Assembly (NCBI GenBank): GCA_963808235.1 | Contig: CAWEEQ010000004.1 | Span: forward strand, 1,024,001-1,088,000 | DNA length: 64,000 bases | From: an uncultured delta proteobacterium | GTDB taxonomy: Bacteria; Desulfobacterota; Binatia; Binatales; Binataceae | Direction of reading: 5' to 3' | In this document: in pieces, positions 48,231 through 57,532 of the stretch | Position numbering within the stretch: the first letter of the stretch is position 1 | How the letters are laid out: every line of letters begins with the position of its first letter | Position numbers and translations under genes: made by a program | The notes under the pieces: generated by a model | Database searches by the model: none | What the model was told of the DNA's origin: nothing | The model's input: the letters and a program-made list of their open reading frames with translations, nothing else

Positions 48231-48448
48231 GCATCGAAACTCGGCTGCGATCTCCTTCTAGCCGTGCCAGGACGATATGACCTTGCTTGCCCTAAGGATG
48301 ACATTGTGTTAGCAGCGATTGCGGCATCGACATGTAGTCGGCAGTTATTTCACTGCCGGAGTTCAAAGGAGCAACTCTCCGCGCGGCGGCTCAGCACCGC
48401 GCGAAAGTGATTGAGCGTCGAACTCTGTTCGTATCAAGGGAGGGGCAA

Positions 48449-49768
48449 ATGGACAGGCGAAAGGACAGGCGAACATTCGGTTCTTTCCTAAGCGCTTGCA
48501 GAGAATGGTTCGTGAACGTCTTCAATACCTTTGGCGTCGCTATCCTGACCTGGGCCGTAGTCGGCGTCGCACTATATTTTGGTTCGTACCACAGCAGCGA
48601 TGATAACGCGATTCGTCTTTTCCCGATTACGTACCATACGGCGATCTGGGTCATAGCCTGTCTGTTTCCCCTGACCAGTACCCTCTATCTTATTTTCGAT
48701 TTGCGGCTGCGGCGAAACCAAATCCAGGACGCCGCGGAGCGAGTCCAGCTCCAGTATGTTTATTTTCCGAGCAGCGATTCTGCCGCCGAGGATTTTTCGC
48801 GCTTTCTGCACCTGCGATTTCGAGAGTCCTGCCAGCCATGGGAGTTGGCCATTTTTTCTCTTGTCGCGGCGGGAATCGCTTTTGTAGGCGCCTACCTCGT
48901 TTACTGCGCCACATTCAAATTCCCCAACCTCAAGGATCCCAACGAAGTAAAGGTTCAGAGCGAGGGCGCGATGATCATGTTCGCTGCGTTCTCCGGGTCT
49001 CTTGCTGGCGCATGCATTTTTATCTTCAACAAGTTCCGCACCTTCGACCTCTACCCGTCGACCTACCTGCAAGCCAGCATCGGCTTTGTGTCAGGCACTT
49101 TGGCAGGTACCTTTGTCGGCAGCCTGTATCCTTCCGATAAGTTAAGATTTCTTGCCTTCGCTATCGGATTTCTAACTTCTACAAATGTGAGCTTTCTAGG
49201 CACTCTATTGCGCCGCCAGGTGGCGCAGCTCACCGGAACGACCTTGCCTGAGGATAAGACGGGTGACCTCGATGCGATCATCTCCAACGCGGCGGCCATA
49301 GAGTCTTTGCATAACATCTCCATCTATTCCGTCGCCGACTTGGTCAAGGCAGAACCCTTGATTATTTATCTGAATCTGCCGGCGCATATCGCGGTTATCA
49401 ATGGCTGGATCGACGAAGGACTCGTCTTATATTACTTCGGCCCGGAAACCGTTGCCTTGTTAGCGAAATTCGCGGTCAGACGCTTCACCCAATTACTTGA
49501 GATGGCGGTTGAAACGTGGCCTGCACAAAGCCATCCTGCCAGCGAGATTGTCTGGAGTGATCGCATACCACTGTTGGCCGATTCCGGGATCGAAAACATA
49601 GTAATGACCGAAATGCGCTGCATAGTAGAATCCGGATCACACAATCGCCTGCTCGGAATCTTATCCGATCGATATAGGCTGACGTTCTACCCTGCGGACC
49701 TGCGTGTGGGACATCCGGTCGCAGCCCCAACCGCAACGCGGTTGCAAGCCGTAGGCAGCGAAATGTGA
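48449..49768 (+). CDS. Hypothetical multi-pass membrane protein with C-terminal HhH-like region (islet cargo)
   Basis: About 6 hydrophobic segments followed by LHNISIYSVADL..AEP...GWIDEG; SD GGAGG before ATG 48449 (alternative start 48407). Confidence 0.75.
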   Translation: MDRRKDRRTFGSFLSACREWFVNVFNTFGVAILTWAVVGVALYFGSYHSSDDNAIRLFPITYHTAIWVIACLFPLTSTLYLIFDLRLRRNQIQDAAERVQLQYVYFPSSDSAAEDFSRFLHLRFRESCQPWELAIFSLVAAGIAFVGAYLVYCATFKFPNLKDPNEVKVQSEGAMIMFAAFSGSLAGACIFIFNKFRTFDLYPSTYLQASIGFVSGTLAGTFVGSLYPSDKLRFLAFAIGFLTSTNVSFLGTLLRRQVAQLTGTTLPEDKTGDLDAIISNAAAIESLHNISIYSVADLVKAEPLIIYLNLPAHIAVINGWIDEGLVLYYFGPETVALLAKFAVRRFTQLLEMAVETWPAQSHPASEIVWSDRIPLLADSGIENIVMTEMRCIVESGSHNRLLGILSDRYRLTFYPADLRVGHPVAAPTATRLQAVGSEM

Positions 49769-49809
49769 TCGGTCGACCGCCGGAAAGCACCGTCGTCTCA
49801 TTCAACAAG

Positions 49810-49890
49810 GTCGCATACCTTCATCGTGGCGACACCGTAACCGTGCTCCGAGTCCTCCACCGCGCGATGAAATGGCCGAAGCCGTCTTGA
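49810..49890 (+). pseudogene. 3' fragment of ParE toxin
   Basis: Reads VAYLHRGDTVTVLRVLHRAMKWPKPS*, compared with VAYLHRGDTVTVLRVLHAAMKWPKRF* in the intact toxin. Confidence 0.85.
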
Positions 49891-50065
49891 CCCTTGCGTT
49901 GAGCGTCCCGCTCCGCCCCTGGCGCCAGCCGCGCAGGCGAGACTACGATTCCTAGCTCTTTTCCCAACGCTATATCTGGATCGTTTGTTCCGCAGATAAC
50001 ATTTGCTCACTTCTAGTCGCACCAATATGACTTCCTGTGGCTGAATTCCTGATACAATTGACGCG

Positions 50066-52402
50066 ATGGTGTCTGCGAATGAAGTCGGCCGGAAAAACTC
50101 GGCCGCTCGCCGACTCTTCGAACTCGATCCCCTCCCTCCCGAACGATTGAAATTGGAAACCGCGCCGCGGGTCGACACCGTCGCGAGCTTCGTCCTGACC
50201 CGCGCCGCGGAGCACTCATGGCAAGTCCTCAATCAGCATCTCAGTCAGCCCCAAGGTGCGGTCTTCTGGATCGGCGGCCCAGCGGGATGCGGCAAAACCC
50301 ATTTCCTCGACTACGTCATCGCGCTGCAGAGTCAGGCCGGGGCACTCGAGGCCGAAAATGCGCGCCGTCTCATCTGCGGACTGGAGGTTGCCGAGCGAGC
50401 GCATCCCGAGCAACTTGAGCCACATCTGTTGCGCGTGATGGCCGAGCAAATCGGCGCAGATTATCGGTCCGGCAACTTATGGCAAGGCGTGCGCGGAGCG
50501 CCCGGATTGAAAATTGCCCTTGAAAACGCGCGGCGGATCGGCGTCCGCGCGGTCACGGTGGCAATCGATTTCGGACTTTCCGACTGCGAGACCGCGGCCG
50601 ATTTCTTCGCGGTGCTCGCGGAAGTCGCGGCGAAATTCAACCAGGTCAAGTTCACGGTAATCGCGGCGGGACGATCTGCCGCGCCGGCTATGACGCGTCA
50701 TCTCGAGGTGGCGCCGCGCGACTCGAGCGAGGAAATGATCGTCGCGCTCAAGCGCGCCCGCCGACTGACGGCAGATGCGGTACGCGCCGCCGATACTGCC
50801 TATGCCGGAGTCGACATAGCGGGATTCACCCCCGATGCGATCTTCCCATTCCATCCGGTGGCAATATCCGCGCTGAGATCGATTGCGGCTCCTACTCCCG
50901 CTACCATCGCGGCGCTGTCGCGGTTGGCGCGCGAGGCTCTCGCGACTCCGCCTGACGTTGAACATTCGCTCGACCCTCTGGTCTATCCGCCGGATCTCAC
51001 GATGAACCCGGCCATTTCGAAGCTGCTCGAGGTTCGCCTGGCTGAGCCGGCGCGAGCCGCGCTGAAAATTGCCCGCGATGCGCTCGCGCGATCGTTTGAG
51101 GACAATCACGCGGAGCTGGCACGTGAAATAATCGATACGCTGGTGCTCGAGCATGTATGCGGTGGAGCGAAGCCGCTTGCAATCGAAGAGTTGGGCTCGC
51201 GAATTCCAATGCTCGCGCGAAGCGGTCCCGCAGACGCATCGCCGACGGTCCGCTCTGTGCTTTGCCTTCTGGAAGCGCAGACTGGTGGCGTGATCCGGTT
51301 CGATGCGGACGCGGCCAGGTTCGACCCCGAGGCGGCAGGAGCGCCCGAGCTTGCGTCCTTCAACGCGTCGATTGCGCTGGTCCGACACTTCGATCCCATG
51401 CTCACACCCGCGCGTGAAAAGGACGGGCTTGCGAGTCGGCTTGAGCGACTCGAACGCGCACTGGCGCAAGCACTTGAGTCCGCGAATCGCACCCGCGAGA
51501 TGATTTCGGCGGCGCTTGGCGAATCGAATCTGCAGATGCCGGCGGCTCATCGCAATGCGATCGCGCAATATATCGAGCTTGCCGAATCAGGCACGGCCGC
51601 GATGCTCGAGACGATTGCGGATCCCTCTCGCCGTGATACCGCCCTACAGGTGATTGCGAACTACGATGCGCTGGCGGATACCGCCGCCGCAATTCCGCGG
51701 ATGCGTGCGATGCGCGAGTACCTGGCCGCGACCGGTTTGTACGCGTGGTCAGAGGTGGGTCGTCCGAGCGAGTCCGCCGTTGCCGCGCTGGAAACCGAAT
51801 GCGAGCTGCTCGCGGTCGAACTGGGTCCGAGAGTGCTGACCCGCGCGCCGCGAAGTCTCGACGCGCTCGAGGCGCGCTTTCAGCGCTTCAAGTGGACCTA
51901 CGTGCAGTGTTACCTAAGCGCTCACGAAAAGTGGCGAGCGAAGATGGAGCGCCTTGCGCTGCTGGCCGCCGACGCCTCGCGCTATCGCGACGCACTCGGC
52001 CGTCTCAACAAAATCGTCGCGCTCGGTCCGCCCGAAGGCGATGGGCTGTCCGCGCGGGTGACAGAGCTGACCGCGAGCGTGGTCCGATGCGAGCTGGCCG
52101 GTTCACTCGCGCCCGAGACCACGCCGCGATGTTCGAGTTGCGGCTTCATCCTCGGCGCGGCAGGCAAGGGCGCGGAGCTCGACGACGTGATGGAACTGCT
52201 CAAGCGTGGATTGGCGGTCAAGCTCGGCGCGCTATCGCAGAGCATGATCGCGCGGCTGATTCGGGAACATGATCGCGACAACCGGCTCGAAGGATTTCTC
52301 AGGATAACGCAAGCTTCGCAGACCGATGCGCTCGTGCGGGTGCTCGACGAAAACCTCGCCCGCTACCTGGCGCAGGTCCTCGACGACAATCTTAAACGAT
52401 GA
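50066..52402 (+). CDS. Divergent BrxC/DUF6079-like P-loop protein
   Basis: WIGGPAGCGKTHFL Walker A, IFPFHP, FKWTYVQCY..AH and C-terminal C...PRCSSCGF. Confidence 0.6.
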   Translation: MVSANEVGRKNSAARRLFELDPLPPERLKLETAPRVDTVASFVLTRAAEHSWQVLNQHLSQPQGAVFWIGGPAGCGKTHFLDYVIALQSQAGALEAENARRLICGLEVAERAHPEQLEPHLLRVMAEQIGADYRSGNLWQGVRGAPGLKIALENARRIGVRAVTVAIDFGLSDCETAADFFAVLAEVAAKFNQVKFTVIAAGRSAAPAMTRHLEVAPRDSSEEMIVALKRARRLTADAVRAADTAYAGVDIAGFTPDAIFPFHPVAISALRSIAAPTPATIAALSRLAREALATPPDVEHSLDPLVYPPDLTMNPAISKLLEVRLAEPARAALKIARDALARSFEDNHAELAREIIDTLVLEHVCGGAKPLAIEELGSRIPMLARSGPADASPTVRSVLCLLEAQTGGVIRFDADAARFDPEAAGAPELASFNASIALVRHFDPMLTPAREKDGLASRLERLERALAQALESANRTREMISAALGESNLQMPAAHRNAIAQYIELAESGTAAMLETIADPSRRDTALQVIANYDALADTAAAIPRMRAMREYLAATGLYAWSEVGRPSESAVAALETECELLAVELGPRVLTRAPRSLDALEARFQRFKWTYVQCYLSAHEKWRAKMERLALLAADASRYRDALGRLNKIVALGPPEGDGLSARVTELTASVVRCELAGSLAPETTPRCSSCGFILGAAGKGAELDDVMELLKRGLAVKLGALSQSMIARLIREHDRDNRLEGFLRITQASQTDALVRVLDENLARYLAQVLDDNLKR

Positions 52403-52412
52403 GCCTGAGAAA

Positions 52413-52655
52413 CTAGGCGGCGGGCGTGCGCTTGCGAGGCCGGCCCGGAGGAAACGCGCTCGCACGTTTGTGGCGCGGCCGCACGTTGAAGCGATCGAGG
52501 ACGCGGAAGTATGCATCGCGGACAATTTCGAGACCCCACAGAAGCGTCAGGCCAAGTGTCCGGCCGACTCCGCCTGCGACTTCCATGAACAACTCGCGAC
52601 CGCGCAGGGACGCCGCTTGAACTTGCACCGGTGCTTTTTCTTCGCGCGTTTCCAT
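52413..52655 (-). CDS. Small hypothetical protein
   Basis: About 80-aa ORF filling the gap, with an amphipathic segment and basic tail. Confidence 0.55.
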   Translation of the reverse strand: METREEKAPVQVQAASLRGRELFMEVAGGVGRTLGLTLLWGLEIVRDAYFRVLDRFNVRPRHKRASAFPPGRPRKRTPAA

Positions 52656-52740
52656 TACCATCTACAGTAAGTGGCGAAACGCCCGCATGCAACGGGCGCT
52701 TCGCTACTCTTCAGATCGATCCAGGTCGCTGGTTAATTTC

Positions 52741-53538
52741 TCACGGCGATGGTGATGCGGCCGGCGATGCGCTCGCTCCGCCTTCGCTGGAACCGCCCAT
52801 CGGCAAGGTGATCGTCAGGTTGTCGAAACGGGCTTGCGAATCGTCGCTCGCCCACAGTCCGATCCTGCCTTTGGCGATCTTGTTGTCGTCGAAATCAAAT
52901 ATCATCTTGCCGTCGTCGTAACACATGAAGTGTCCGCCCTGCGCGGTGACCTTCAGCTTGTACCAGATGTCTTTGTCGGTCGGGACAACCATTTGCTTCA
53001 GTGTATCGAGTTTGCCATTCGACATCCGCGACAGCGCGAAGTAGTCAGTCGGACATCCCGCCGCTAGTACATAAAAATTCTTGTCGTCGACGTAGCGGAA
53101 AATCAGACCGCCCGAACAATCGAATCGGCCGCCCGCGGACATGAACGAGGCTTCAAGCGTGAAATCTGAATACTCAGTCGGTTCCGTCATCACCGCCATC
53201 GGATAGTACGCGAGCAAGTTGGTGAGCGACTTTATCCAGCTGCCGGTCCCGGTGGTTCCAAAAGTGTTGGGCTTGCTCGGCGCGGTAGGTTCGGGAATCA
53301 CCTGCCAATCGCCTTCGACCGCTTTCCATCCCGCGGGCACTGAGCCGGCTTTGTCGTCATCGAAATTCCAGACGTGAACTTCAGGCGTCGGCGTGGCCGT
53401 CGGCGTCAGCGTGGCAGTCGGCTCGACTGCTTTTCTTTTTGGCTTGGATTGAGCCGGCGGACTGACCACTAGCACGATCACCAATGCACCCGCTCCGACC
53501 ACTGCGGCGCTGCGCAGCCAAGAATTTCCCGTCATCAT
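52741..53538 (-). CDS. Secreted DUF1080/concanavalin-like domain protein
   Basis: Signal peptide, PT linker, WNFDD, GGLIFRYVD..NFY and GRIGLW....ARFDN. Confidence 0.8.
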   Translation of the reverse strand: MMTGNSWLRSAAVVGAGALVIVLVVSPPAQSKPKRKAVEPTATLTPTATPTPEVHVWNFDDDKAGSVPAGWKAVEGDWQVIPEPTAPSKPNTFGTTGTGSWIKSLTNLLAYYPMAVMTEPTEYSDFTLEASFMSAGGRFDCSGGLIFRYVDDKNFYVLAAGCPTDYFALSRMSNGKLDTLKQMVVPTDKDIWYKLKVTAQGGHFMCYDDGKMIFDFDDNKIAKGRIGLWASDDSQARFDNLTITLPMGGSSEGGASASPAASPSP

Positions 53539-53773
53539 CTATTCTCGCTCCGACCTTTCTTGCTCAAGACGTTAGGTGCTGGATTCAGACCAGAGAATCG
53601 GCGCGAGTTTCGCCAATGAATGCGGTCCCTGTCAAGCTACGGTTCCCGATGCATCTCATATTTCTGCTGCGACCGCTGCGCCGAACTCGCCATTAGCTAG
53701 TTTCGCTTTTTATTCGTCTTACTGGCTATTGCGCTCAATACTCAGTTTATTATCACGCGATGACTCAATTTAC

Positions 53774-53825
53774 TTGACTAGAGTGGGACAGAGTGGGATG
53801 TTGTGGGGAATCGGGGAGGAGTGGG
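53774..53825 (+). promoter_or_regulatory. dcw promoter with MraZ-binding GTGGG repeats
   Basis: TTGACT at 53774; GTGGG at 53783, 53793 and 53803 (10-bp period) and again at 53821, matching known MraZ boxes. Confidence 0.85.
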
Positions 53826-53827
53826 GA

Positions 53828-54277
53828 GTGTTCACTGGTCGTTTCGACCATTCGATCGATGAAAAAGGACGGGTGAGTATCCCGGCCCGCTTTCGCGACG
53901 TTCTCCAACGCGAGAATCACGATCGTCTATATATCACAGGTTTTCCGAACGACGGGCAACGTTACCTGGCGCTCTATCCGCCGAGCCAGTGGGACGTGCT
54001 CAACGCCAGTCTCAGAAACAAGCCGCGCTTCGATCCGGCGGTGCAAAGGTTCGAGACCGTGGTTATCGGCGGCGCGCACGAGGTGCCGGTGGACCGGCAG
54101 GGGCGGATCCTCCTTCCGCCGAAGCTTCGATTGTTTGCGGGGCTCGATCGCGAAGTAACTTTTTCGGCGCGGCAGGATCATTTTCAACTTTGGGACAAGA
54201 ATCTCCTCGAGAAAGTTTTGAAAGCGACCGAGGAGAAGATGATGGAACCGGATTTTTACGCGAAGCTGGGTCTCTGA
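53828..54277 (+). CDS. mraZ: Transcriptional regulator MraZ
   Basis: FTGRFDHSIDEKGRVSIPARFR and DRQGRILLP. Confidence 0.96.
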   Translation: MFTGRFDHSIDEKGRVSIPARFRDVLQRENHDRLYITGFPNDGQRYLALYPPSQWDVLNASLRNKPRFDPAVQRFETVVIGGAHEVPVDRQGRILLPPKLRLFAGLDREVTFSARQDHFQLWDKNLLEKVLKATEEKMMEPDFYAKLGL

Positions 54278-54282
54278 CGAGG

Positions 54283-55203
54283 ATGAGTCTCGCGGCGATA
54301 AACGAAGACGACGCGGCGGACCGGATGCATGTGCCGGTGATGGTGGAGGAGGTGTGCGGGCTGCTGTCCGCACACGGTCCGCTCGCGTTCGTCGACGTGA
54401 CGGTTGGCACTGGAGGGCATGCGGCGGCGATGCTGCGCGCGACCTCGGCACGGATGCTGGGAATCGATCGCGATGCTGCCGCGCTGCAAGCTGCGCGCGA
54501 GCGGCTCGCGGAATTCGGCGATCGCGTCATATTGCAGCGCGCCGACTTCAGCGAAATCTCCGCGGTGATGAAGCAGTCGGGCTTTGACGGCGCCGACGCA
54601 ATACTCGCGGACCTCGGGATGAGCAGCTATGCGCTCGACGATCCGCAACGTGGATTTTCTTTCCGGCTCGACGGGCCGCTCGACATGCGGATGGACGATC
54701 GGCAGACGGTGCGGGCTTACGACATCGTGAACGAAGAGAGCGCCGAGGAACTCGCGCGCATCATCTATACGTACGGCGAGGAGCGTGCGTCGCGGCGGAT
54801 CGCGAAACTGGTTGCCGACGCCCGGCGCAAGCATCCGATCGAGACCACCGGCGAATTGCGCGCAATCGTCGAGCGCGCCCTGGGAGCGCGACGGCGGGGC
54901 GGAGCGCATCCCGCGACCCGCACCTTCCAGGCGCTCCGAATCGCCGTCAATCGCGAGATGGAGAGTCTCGCCGCGCTGCTGCGCGACGGTCCCGCGATGC
55001 TTAATCCGGGCGGCCGGATGCTGTTTATCTCTTACCATTCGCTCGAGGACCGTCCGGTCAAAGAGCGCTTTCGCGAGTTGGTCCGCGCCGGCGGATACAC
55101 CGCGATCGCACGCAAAGTTATAAAGCCTTCCGCGGCGGAAACCGCGCGCAACCCGCGCGCGCGCAGCGCACGGGTCCGATGTATCGAACGGAGCGCATCA
55201 TGA
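54283..55203 (+). CDS. rsmH: 16S rRNA C1402 N4-methyltransferase
   Basis: HVPVM, GGH, DLGMSS, RGFSF..DGPLDMRMD, SYHSLEDR and NPRARSA. Confidence 0.96.
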   Translation: MSLAAINEDDAADRMHVPVMVEEVCGLLSAHGPLAFVDVTVGTGGHAAAMLRATSARMLGIDRDAAALQAARERLAEFGDRVILQRADFSEISAVMKQSGFDGADAILADLGMSSYALDDPQRGFSFRLDGPLDMRMDDRQTVRAYDIVNEESAEELARIIYTYGEERASRRIAKLVADARRKHPIETTGELRAIVERALGARRRGGAHPATRTFQALRIAVNREMESLAALLRDGPAMLNPGGRMLFISYHSLEDRPVKERFRELVRAGGYTAIARKVIKPSAAETARNPRARSARVRCIERSAS

Positions 55204-55487
55204 AAGTGCGGCCCAAACCGACCCGCCGTCCTTCGAAGCTCGTCCCGGCTGTGCTGGGCATGCTGATCGCGGCCGTCGGCTTCACGACCCTGATGGTTCG
55301 CCTCGAATTGACGCGCGAAGGCTACCGGCTTTCAGCGCTGCACGAAGAGATCGCCAGGTTGCAGGACACCAATCGCGGGCTCAGGCTCGAGGCTGCGCAG
55401 CTGAGCTCGCAGGGACGATTGCGCGCACTCGCGCCGAGATATCATCTCGCGCCGCCGGGCCGCGGTCAGGTGGTGATGCTCCCATGA
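55200..55487 (+). CDS. ftsL: Cell division protein FtsL
   Basis: Small TM plus coiled-coil protein between rsmH and ftsI. Confidence 0.8.
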   Translation: MKVRPKPTRRPSKLVPAVLGMLIAAVGFTTLMVRLELTREGYRLSALHEEIARLQDTNRGLRLEAAQLSSQGRLRALAPRYHLAPPGRGQVVMLP

Positions 55488-57532
55488 ACACATCGTTCAA
55501 GCAGCGGCGCGGGCGAATCGGAGCGCTTACGCTCGTGCTCGCGGGTCTGTTCGCATTCGCGATGATTCGCCTGGTCGTGCTGGTGGCATTCGACGGCGCG
55601 CGACTCAACTCGCTCGCGGTTAACGAGCATAGCGGCGAGACCAGGCTGGCCGCGGTGCGCGGACCGATTGTCGATCGCAACGGCGAGCCGCTGGCGCTCT
55701 CTGCGGAAACGCGATCGGTGTACGCGCGCCCGCATCGAGTGCTCGAGATGAGCACGCCCGAGGAGCGCGCCCGACTCGCGAAGATTCTCGGTCTCAGGCT
55801 GATCGAGCTCAATGAGAAACTGAATACCAATGCGCCATTCGTATGGCTCGAACGGCGGATTGCTCCCGAGCAGGCGCAGGCGGCGGAAGCGCTCGGGATC
55901 GACGGAATCGGCTCGCTTAGCGAATACAAACGGTTTTACCCGGGGAGCAACCTGGCCGCGTCGGTGGTGGGGTTGTCGGGGATGGACGGCCAGGGGCTCT
56001 CCGGCTTGGAGTTGCAATACGATCGGTTGGCGCGCGGCGAGGCTGTCGAGCTGAGCTTCTATCATGATGCCCTGGGGCATCCGATTTTCGACAGCCCGCT
56101 TGCGCTCAAAGCGCCCGAACCTGGCGCGCAGCTCGAACTGACAATCGACTCGTCGATTCAGTCGCTGGCGGAGACCGAGTTGGCGGCTGAAGTTCAGCAG
56201 AGCGGCGCCAAGCGCGGCAGCGCGATCGTGCTCGATCCATTCACCGGCGAGGTGATGGCGATGGCGAACGTCGGCGCCGGTCCCGACAGCGTTCACGATC
56301 GTCTTCACAATCCCGCGGTGCAGGACGCGTTCGAGCCGGGCTCCACGATGAAGGGAATTCTTGGCTCGATCGCGCTCGCGGATCACGCGATCACACTCGA
56401 CAAGCAGATTTTTTGCGAGAATGGCCGCTTCACGATCGATCGGCGCACCATCCATGATCACAGCTCGCATGGATGGCTGAATCTCGGCGGAATTATCGAG
56501 GTGTCGTCGAATATCGGCGCGGCAAAAATCGCGCTGACGCTCGGCTCCGAGCGCTACTACGAAGGGCTGCGCGCATTCGGAATCGGATCGAGGACCGGGA
56601 TCGACCTGCCCGGTGAAGCGGCCGGACTGCTGAACAAACCGGCCGGATGGAAAGAAATAGATCTCGCCAATCATGGATTCGGTCAGGGTGTTGCGGTGAC
56701 GCCGATCCAGCTCGCGGTCGCATACGCGGCAATCGCCAACGGCGGAAATATCGTGCGGCCATATGTCGTGCGGGGCGCCTACGACGCGGAGGGCCGCGCA
56801 CTGTTGACCCATACGCCGCAGGTGATCAATCGCGCGATCGCGCCTGACACGGCTCATCAGATGAACCTGCTGCTGCGCAACGTCGTGATGTCCGACGGCG
56901 GCACCGCCGCGAAGGCCCGCGTCGACGGCTTTATCGTGGCCGGCAAGACCGGCACCGCGCAGATGGTAAATCCGGAAAACGGCACCTATTTTCAGAATCG
57001 GCATGTGTCGTCGTTCGTGGGATTTCTGCCCGCGGACGATCCGCGCCTGCTGATCCTGGTGGTTTTGTACGATGTTGGCCACGAGCATTTCGGCGGCCTG
57101 GTCGCGGCGCCCGTCTTCAGCGAAATCGCTCAAGGTGCGGTTCGCGACCTGAACATTACCGCGCCCGCGCAACCGTACGACGTGGCGAGCGTCATTCCAT
57201 TAGCGGAGTCCAGCGTGAATGCGACGGGCAACATCGTGACACAGCCTTCGACCGAGGTCGACGACTATCTGCCCGTGCTGACCGGATCGAAACTGACTCG
57301 CGCCACTCCGAACTTTTCCGGCCTGAGCTTGCGCAGCGCGATCGATCTCGCGCGCGTCTCGCGGGTCAATGTCGATGTGCACGGCGCCGGTTACGTCGTC
57401 GCGCAAGAACCGGAGGCGGGCAGCGCGCTAAATCACTCGACGATAAAGTTGACACTCGCGACGTCGGCCGAATCGGAAATCGTCAGAGCTTCGTACGCAA
57501 GCAACGGCATCGGCCCGGCCGGGAGAAAGTGA
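55484..57532 (+). CDS. ftsI: Penicillin-binding protein 3 with PASTA domain
   Basis: RGPIVDRNG, EPGSTMK (SxxK), SSN and KTGTAQ. Confidence 0.95.
   Translation: MNTSFKQRRGRIGALTLVLAGLFAFAMIRLVVLVAFDGARLNSLAVNEHSGETRLAAVRGPIVDRNGEPLALSAETRSVYARPHRVLEMSTPEERARLAKILGLRLIELNEKLNTNAPFVWLERRIAPEQAQAAEALGIDGIGSLSEYKRFYPGSNLAASVVGLSGMDGQGLSGLELQYDRLARGEAVELSFYHDALGHPIFDSPLALKAPEPGAQLELTIDSSIQSLAETELAAEVQQSGAKRGSAIVLDPFTGEVMAMANVGAGPDSVHDRLHNPAVQDAFEPGSTMKGILGSIALADHAITLDKQIFCENGRFTIDRRTIHDHSSHGWLNLGGIIEVSSNIGAAKIALTLGSERYYEGLRAFGIGSRTGIDLPGEAAGLLNKPAGWKEIDLANHGFGQGVAVTPIQLAVAYAAIANGGNIVRPYVVRGAYDAEGRALLTHTPQVINRAIAPDTAHQMNLLLRNVVMSDGGTAAKARVDGFIVAGKTGTAQMVNPENGTYFQNRHVSSFVGFLPADDPRLLILVVLYDVGHEHFGGLVAAPVFSEIAQGAVRDLNITAPAQPYDVASVIPLAESSVNATGNIVTQPSTEVDDYLPVLTGSKLTRATPNFSGLSLRSAIDLARVSRVNVDVHGAGYVVAQEPEAGSALNHSTIKLTLATSAESEIVRASYASNGIGPAGRK

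Larger units (their letters stand above)
48068..49898. mobile_element. Small genomic islet bounded by 90-bp imperfect direct repeats of the parE 3' end (48068-48157 and 49809-49898)
   Basis: 80/90 identity by manual alignment; the interior is visibly more AT-rich; no integrase. Confidence 0.75.

Noticed and set aside
48150-49810. Integron cassette
   Set aside because: No attC-like RYYYAAC...GTTRRRY palindrome at the cargo end and no intI.
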